The notes below the pieces were generated by a model. That model did no database searches and was not told the origin of the DNA. It saw only the letters and a list, made by a program, of their open reading frames with translations. Positions 58,738 to 64,000 of a DNA stretch of 64,000 bases are shown here, piece by piece. Numbering within the stretch: the first letter of the stretch is position 1; each line of letters begins with the position of its first letter. The stretch is from an uncultured delta proteobacterium (lineage in GTDB: Bacteria > Myxococcota > UBA727 > VGSZ01). Location: assembly GCA_963775425.1 (NCBI GenBank), contig CAVZJB010000005.1:224001-288000 (forward strand), in the 5' to 3' direction. The position numbers were made by a program, and so were the translations under genes.

Positions 58738-59235
58738 GTGCTCGCTTTGAAGGTCTTCGCGGGAGTGCTGGCGGCCGCCATCGTGGCGTTCCTCGCCGTA
58801 GGCGCGGCGCGCCCGCACCGGTGGCACGTCGAAAAGACGTTGGTGATGGCGGCGCCGCCGGAGGCGGTGTTCGCGCACGTCGGCCACCTCGAGGCGTGGC
58901 CGGCCTGGATGCCCCTCGAGGACGAGGGCTGCGCGCTCGAGGACACGCGCATCGCGTGCCCGCACAGCAAGGTGAAGATCAAGGACGCCGACCCCGCCCG
59001 CGGCGTGTGGCTCGACGAGGAGATCGGCGACGACGAGGCCACGGCCTCGTTCACCTTCGAAAAGCTCGGGCCCGCGTCCACCAAGGTGACCTGGGTCGGC
59101 GACGGCGCGCTGATGCCCGTCGTCGGCGGCTGGATGCACGGCACCGTCGAGGAGCAGATTGGGGCGCGCATGGACACGTCGCTCGGCCGGCTCCAGCGCA
59201 TCGTTGCCGGTGAAGCGCGGACGACCACGCCGTGA
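58738..59235 (+). CDS. SRPBCC (START-fold) protein
   Basis: N-terminal TM; VEKTLVMAAPPEAVF..V..L..WPAW; TKVTW; SLGRL. Confidence 0.8.
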   Translation: MLALKVFAGVLAAAIVAFLAVGAARPHRWHVEKTLVMAAPPEAVFAHVGHLEAWPAWMPLEDEGCALEDTRIACPHSKVKIKDADPARGVWLDEEIGDDEATASFTFEKLGPASTKVTWVGDGALMPVVGGWMHGTVEEQIGARMDTSLGRLQRIVAGEARTTTP

Positions 59236-60293
59236 CCGGGCGCGTCCTCGTGGTGGATGACGACGAGAGCATCCGCCAGCTCTTCGAGAGCGCGCTCAAG
59301 AAGCGCTACACGGTCCTCACCGCCGCCGACGGCGCCGAGGGCCGGGAGGCCCTGATCGCGCACGAGGACATCGTCTGCCTCGTCGCCGACCACATGATGC
59401 CCGGCATCACGGGCGTCGACCTGTGCCGTGAGGCCATGACGCTGCGCCCGAACGCCGCGCGCGTCCTGGTCACCGCGTCGGATCGCGTGGAGGACCTCGG
59501 CGACGCCATCAACCTCGGGCGCGTGCACCGCTTCGTGTCCAAGCCGGTGCGGCTCGGCGACCTCATCGAGGCGGTGGAGGACGCGGTGCGCGTCTGCAAC
59601 CTCGAGACGGAGAACGCGCGCCTCGTCGGGGAGCTCCAGCAGAAGAACCACCTCCTGCACAAGGCGCTGGCCGCGGTGCAGGAGAGCGAGCGCCGGCTCG
59701 AGCGCGAGGTCGAGGAGCGCACCCGCGAGCTCAAGATCGCCAACGCCGAGCTCGAGAAGCTCGCGCTGCGTGACGGCCTCACCGGCCTGTACAACCACCG
59801 CTTCTTCCAAGAAGCGCTCACCACGGAGCTCGCGCGCGCGGCGCGCTACGGCAACCCCGTCGGCCTCGTGTTCATCGACGTCGACCACTTCAAGAACTAC
59901 AACGACCTCTGCGGCCACCCCGCCGGCGACGAGCTCCTGCGCCAGCTCGCGCGCGTGCTCATCGCCACCGAAGACGTCCCCGAGTTCCGCTTCCGCGGGC
60001 GCCTCAGCGACATCGCCGCGCGCTACGGCGGCGAGGAGTTCGTGATCATCCTGCCCATGACGGACAAGGACGGCGCCGCCATTCGCGCCGAGCGCATCCG
60101 CGAGATGATCGCCGAGCACCCGTTTCCGCGCCGCGAGGTGCAGCCCGCAGGCTTCATCAGCGTGAGCATCGGCGTCGCCGCCTATCCGCGCGACGCCATC
60201 GACAAGGTCTCGCTCATCCAGGCCGCAGACGACGCCATGCTCCAGGCCAAGCGCACCGGCCGCAACAAGGTGATCGCGCACGCCGCACCCTGA
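59232..60293 (+). CDS. Response-regulator diguanylate cyclase (REC, coiled coil, GGDEF)
   Basis: VLVVDDD, DHMMP, KP; DGLTGLYN, DVDHFK, RLSD I-site, RYGGEEF. Confidence 0.96.
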   Translation: MTGRVLVVDDDESIRQLFESALKKRYTVLTAADGAEGREALIAHEDIVCLVADHMMPGITGVDLCREAMTLRPNAARVLVTASDRVEDLGDAINLGRVHRFVSKPVRLGDLIEAVEDAVRVCNLETENARLVGELQQKNHLLHKALAAVQESERRLEREVEERTRELKIANAELEKLALRDGLTGLYNHRFFQEALTTELARAARYGNPVGLVFIDVDHFKNYNDLCGHPAGDELLRQLARVLIATEDVPEFRFRGRLSDIAARYGGEEFVIILPMTDKDGAAIRAERIREMIAEHPFPRREVQPAGFISVSIGVAAYPRDAIDKVSLIQAADDAMLQAKRTGRNKVIAHAAP

Positions 60294-60330
60294 CGGCGGA
60301 CGCGCGCGCGTTCGTCGCTGCGCTTCCTCG

Positions 60331-60783
60331 TCAGGCGTCGGTGAGGCCGCCCATGTCGTCCACCTGCGCGCGCAGCTCGGCGTCGCCGTCGACCTCGAGG
60401 GCGATGAGCGCCTTGCCGATCCAGTCGGCGACGAGCTGGAGCTCCTGCGGGCGCTCGGCGACGCGCGTCAGGTGCTCGAGGGCGCGGCCGAGGGCCTGCA
60501 CCCCCAGCGCGAGGTGCAGCGGCGGTGTCGACGGCGGGTGCGCCGAGCTCACGCGGGCGAGGTGGGCGAGCGCCGCCTGAGCGCCGGTGCCGTCGAGCCG
60601 CGGGCCCGCGCGCGCGAGCGCCGCGGCCTCGGAGGAGCCGGCGCCGGCGAGGGCGTCGGCGAGGTGGACCCGCACGGCGCGGTCGAGCCAGAGCGCGCCG
60701 AGGCGGCGGCGCTCTTCGACCGGCGCCGCGATCACGCGGCGGGCGTGCACCTTCTGGAGGATGATCGGGTCGTAGCGGGTCAC
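60331..60783 (-). CDS. Hypothetical helical protein
   Basis: 150-aa ORF, AGAGAG before GTG; downstream of nadE on the same strand. Confidence 0.55.
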   Translation of the reverse strand: MTRYDPIILQKVHARRVIAAPVEERRRLGALWLDRAVRVHLADALAGAGSSEAAALARAGPRLDGTGAQAALAHLARVSSAHPPSTPPLHLALGVQALGRALEHLTRVAERPQELQLVADWIGKALIALEVDGDAELRAQVDDMGGLTDA

Positions 60784-60823
60784 GCTCTCTTTGCTCCTCG
60801 GGCGCCGGCGCCCGTCGGTACCG

Positions 60824-62860
60824 TCAGGGCTCGGGCTGGTAGGCGGCCACCTGCGCTACCCAGTCCGTCGGCTTCATGTCGCTCGGCATGCGCCAGTCGC
60901 CCCGCGGCGACAGCGCGACGGTGCCGACCTTGGGGCCGTCGGTGGAGCAGGAGCGCTTGAACTGGTTCCGGAAGAAACGCTCGAGGAAGAGCGTGAGCCA
61001 CCTCTTGTGCTCATCGAGGCTGTAGCGCTCGCCGAACGCGTGCAGCGCGAGGTCGAGGATGCGCCCGGGCGCGCGGCCGTTCCGCACGAAGTGGAAGAGG
61101 TAGAAGTCGTGCAGCTCGTACGGCCCGATGGCCGCCTCCGTGAGGTGCGCGATCTTGCCGTCGACGTCGGTGGGCAACAGCTCCGGCGAGATGGGCGTGT
61201 CGAGGATGGAGAAGAGCGTGGCGCGCAGCTTGTCTGGATCGCCCTTGCCCGACCAGCTCGTCGCGCGCTCGTTGGCGACCCAACGCACGACGAATTGGAT
61301 GAGCGTCTTCGGGACGCCCGCGTTCACGTCGTACATCGAGATGTGATCGCCCGAGTACGTCGCCCAGCCGAGCGCCTTCTCCGACAGGTCGCCGGTGCCG
61401 ACGACGATGCCGCCGACGTGGTTGGCCAAGGTCATCAACACCAGCGTACGCAGCCGCGCCTGCGCGTTCTCGAGCGCGATGTCGCCGAGGCGGGGGTCGG
61501 CGCGCACGGCGGCGATCATCTCCTCGGTGGTGCCGCCCTCCTTGGCCGCGGGGTGGCCGATGGCCTGCAGCACCATGTGCGCCATCTCGCCGATGGCGAT
61601 GGTGCGCAGCTCCGCCCCGAGCGCCGTCGCCAGCGCGGCGGCGTTGCCCTTGGTGACGTCGCTCGTGCCGAGGCCCGGCATGGTGACGCACACGAGGTCC
61701 GAGCGTGGCTTGCCGAGCATGTCGAGCGCTTGCGCGGACACGAGCGCCGCCTGCGTGGAGTCGAGGCCGCCGGACACGCCGAGCACGAGCTTCTGCGCCG
61801 ACGGCGGCAGCGCTTGCATGCGCGTGGCGAGCGCGTTGGTCTGGATCTCGAAGATCTCCCAGAGGCGCCGCGCCAGCGTCTGCGGGTCGCGCGGCAGGAA
61901 CGGGTGCGCGGGGACGTCGCGCACGAGGCCGCGCGGCTCGCCCGCCGAGAAGCGCACGCGCCGCGGGGTGAAGCGCTGGTCCGCGGCGTTGTCCCCGAAG
62001 CTGTTGGTGGCCCGGCGCTCGTGAAGCAGTTGCTCGAGGTCGATGTCGACGGTGACGAGCTGCGACTCGCGGGCGAAGCGCCGCGACTCGACGAGGAGGT
62101 TGCCGTTTTCGCAGACGAAGGCGTCGGCGTCGAAGGCGAGGTCCGTGGACGACTCCCCGGGGCCGGCGGCGACGTAGACGTACGCGCACTTGCCCCGATC
62201 CGACGCCGAGCGGCACAAAAGGCGGCGCAGGTCCGCCTTGCCGATGGTGAAGTTCGATGCCGAGAGGTTGCAGCACACGGTGGCGCCGGCGCTCACCTGG
62301 CGCATGGACGGCGGCACCTGCACCCAGATGTCCTCGCAGATCTCGACGCCGACGACGAGCGCGCGCAGCGGATCCGCGCAGAACACGACGTCGGTGCCGA
62401 AGGGGACCGGCTCGGTCTGCGCCCCCGGGAACGTGTCGAGCACGGCGCCGGCGGGGACCTCGGTGCCGGGACGAAACCAGCGGCGCTCCTCGAACTCGCG
62501 GTAGCTCGGCAGGTAGCTCTTGGGGACCACGCCGAGCACGCGCCCGCGCTGCACGGCGACGGCGACGTTGTACACGCCGACCGGCGTCTCCAGCGGCATC
62601 CCGACGAGCGCGAGCGGCTCGAGCGCGCGCGACTCCTCGACGAGGCGCTCGAGGGCGCCGGCGCTCGCGTCGAGGAGCGTGCGATCGAGGAACATGTCGC
62701 GCGCGGTGTACGTGGACAGGCCGAGCTCGGGGAACACCACGAGCGCGCTGCGTTGCTCGTGCGCCTGCCGCCACAGCTTGATGGTCTCGTTGGCGTTGTG
62801 CCGCGTCCCACCGACGACGCAGGCCGGCACGCCGACGCTGACCCGAGCGAAGCCCCGCAT
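60824..62860 (-). CDS. nadE: Glutamine-dependent NAD+ synthetase
   Basis: VFPEL, PKSYLPSYREFEE, EICED, GVSGGLDST, ENAQAR, GTGDLSE, ISPEL, NQFKRS, SPRGDWRMPSD. Confidence 0.97.
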   Translation of the reverse strand: MRGFARVSVGVPACVVGGTRHNANETIKLWRQAHEQRSALVVFPELGLSTYTARDMFLDRTLLDASAGALERLVEESRALEPLALVGMPLETPVGVYNVAVAVQRGRVLGVVPKSYLPSYREFEERRWFRPGTEVPAGAVLDTFPGAQTEPVPFGTDVVFCADPLRALVVGVEICEDIWVQVPPSMRQVSAGATVCCNLSASNFTIGKADLRRLLCRSASDRGKCAYVYVAAGPGESSTDLAFDADAFVCENGNLLVESRRFARESQLVTVDIDLEQLLHERRATNSFGDNAADQRFTPRRVRFSAGEPRGLVRDVPAHPFLPRDPQTLARRLWEIFEIQTNALATRMQALPPSAQKLVLGVSGGLDSTQAALVSAQALDMLGKPRSDLVCVTMPGLGTSDVTKGNAAALATALGAELRTIAIGEMAHMVLQAIGHPAAKEGGTTEEMIAAVRADPRLGDIALENAQARLRTLVLMTLANHVGGIVVGTGDLSEKALGWATYSGDHISMYDVNAGVPKTLIQFVVRWVANERATSWSGKGDPDKLRATLFSILDTPISPELLPTDVDGKIAHLTEAAIGPYELHDFYLFHFVRNGRAPGRILDLALHAFGERYSLDEHKRWLTLFLERFFRNQFKRSCSTDGPKVGTVALSPRGDWRMPSDMKPTDWVAQVAAYQPEP

Positions 62861-62930
62861 GCCGCACACCTCCGCGAGCCTTGTTACGCCCCGTGCCCTC
62901 CCCCCGCAACGCTCCCTCCGTCGTGGCGCG

Positions 62931-64000
62931 TCACGACCAGGCGCGGGCGCGCTTGAGCGTCGGCACCAGGGCCATGGTGAGGGCGCCGAGGCCGAAGAGC
63001 ACCACGCCGATCGCCAGGAGCGCACCGGCGACGGGGACCTCGAGGAGGGCGAACAGCGCCAGGAGCCCGGCGGCCATCGGGATCCACGTCGTGCGGACGG
63101 CGATGTGGGCGCGGGCGCAGACGGCGCGGGCGACGGCGGCCGCGACGAGCGGCAGGGTGAGGGCCACCGCCAGCGCGAGGAAGCCGCCGAGGAACAGCGC
63201 GAGCCACCAGCCGCCGACGACGGCGCCCGCGGCCAAAAGGAGGGCGACCCCCACCGGGGCGGCGACGACGACGGCGGCGCCCACGCCGAGGCTCGCGGCC
63301 GGCCGGGCGCGCAGCGTGCGGATGGCGCGGTGGGCGAAGCCGCGCGAGACGCCGAGCCACAAAAGGCCGAGGAGGAAGACGCCCGTCAGCCCCTGGAGCC
63401 ACCCGACGACGACCCCCGCCGGGGCCAGGCGCTGCAGCGGCGTCATCTGCTCGATCACCCGGCCGCTGACGACCGCCCCCGCGGCGCGGTGCACGCGCTC
63501 GCTGCCGGACATGCGCACGTCGCCATGGACGACGGCCTCGGGCCCGATGACGAGCCGGGCGCGGCGCCCGCCGAGGTCGGCGGCGACCACGCCGCGGCCG
63601 ACGGTGCCGTCGATCTCCAGGCGCCCGAGGCCGCCGCGCACGCCGCCGGCGACGTCGCCGTCGACGCGGGCGTTCCCCGCGACGAGCGCGTCGCCGCCCA
63701 CGTCCCCGCTGACGCTCAGCTCGGGGCCGGCGGCGGCCGCGTCTCCGCCGACGGGGCCGGCGACGGCGACGCGGGCGCCGGCGGCGCGGACGTCTCCGTC
63801 GACGAGGCCGGCGAGGGTGAGCTCGCCCCCGGCGGCGACGACGTCTCCCTCCACGTGGCCGTCGACGACGACGGAGGCGGCGACGGCCACGAGGTCGCCG
63901 GTGATCGTGCCGTGCACGACGACGCTGCGGCCGAAGGCGTAGAGGTTCCCCTCGACGACGTCGGCGTCGCCGACGACGACGGCGGCGCCGGCCCGCGTCT
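62931..64000 (-). CDS. Membrane protein with bactofilin-like beta-helix repeats (start outside window)
   Basis: Repeated V.GD...AG...V.G motifs; frame open to window end (VVEGNLYAFGRSV); several C-terminal TMs. Confidence 0.8.
   Translation of the reverse strand, partial: TRAGAAVVVGDADVVEGNLYAFGRSVVVHGTITGDLVAVAASVVVDGHVEGDVVAAGGELTLAGLVDGDVRAAGARVAVAGPVGGDAAAAGPELSVSGDVGGDALVAGNARVDGDVAGGVRGGLGRLEIDGTVGRGVVAADLGGRRARLVIGPEAVVHGDVRMSGSERVHRAAGAVVSGRVIEQMTPLQRLAPAGVVVGWLQGLTGVFLLGLLWLGVSRGFAHRAIRTLRARPAASLGVGAAVVVAAPVGVALLLAAGAVVGGWWLALFLGGFLALAVALTLPLVAAAVARAVCARAHIAVRTTWIPMAAGLLALFALLEVPVAGALLAIGVVLFGLGALTMALVPTLKRARAWS

Overview
High-GC chromosomal window. Gene content (three Hanks-type Ser/Thr kinases, PEGA, DUF4388 and HEAT proteins, a TonB_C-fused TonB-dependent receptor, Cys-rich and GE-repeat surface proteins) suggests Myxococcota or a related deltaproteobacterium; this is an inference. 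It holds about 53 protein genes, tRNA-Glu(CTC) and tRNA-Pro(CGG), and housekeeping genes def, tlyA, recF and nadE. I saw no CRISPR array, integrase, transposase or prophage. The best candidates for undescribed systems are: (1) an ECF sigma operon with a triple-repeat zinc-free anti-sigma, a 153-aa miniature secretin-like beta protein and a separate secretin N-domain (STN/N0-N1) protein, i.e. an apparent split secretin linked to envelope signalling; (2) a translationally coupled cohesin-like lipoprotein and dockerin-bearing M1 aminopeptidase; (3) apparent pseudo-enzymes (PEP-synthase/RPH-like without its phospho-His, a degenerate HD-GYP paired with a HEAT protein sharing its N-domain, an Lgt-like protein without catalytic motifs); (4) a REPIN-like doublet whose two hairpin stems differ in sequence but both pair perfectly. 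All calls come from motif recognition by eye; no database searches were run.
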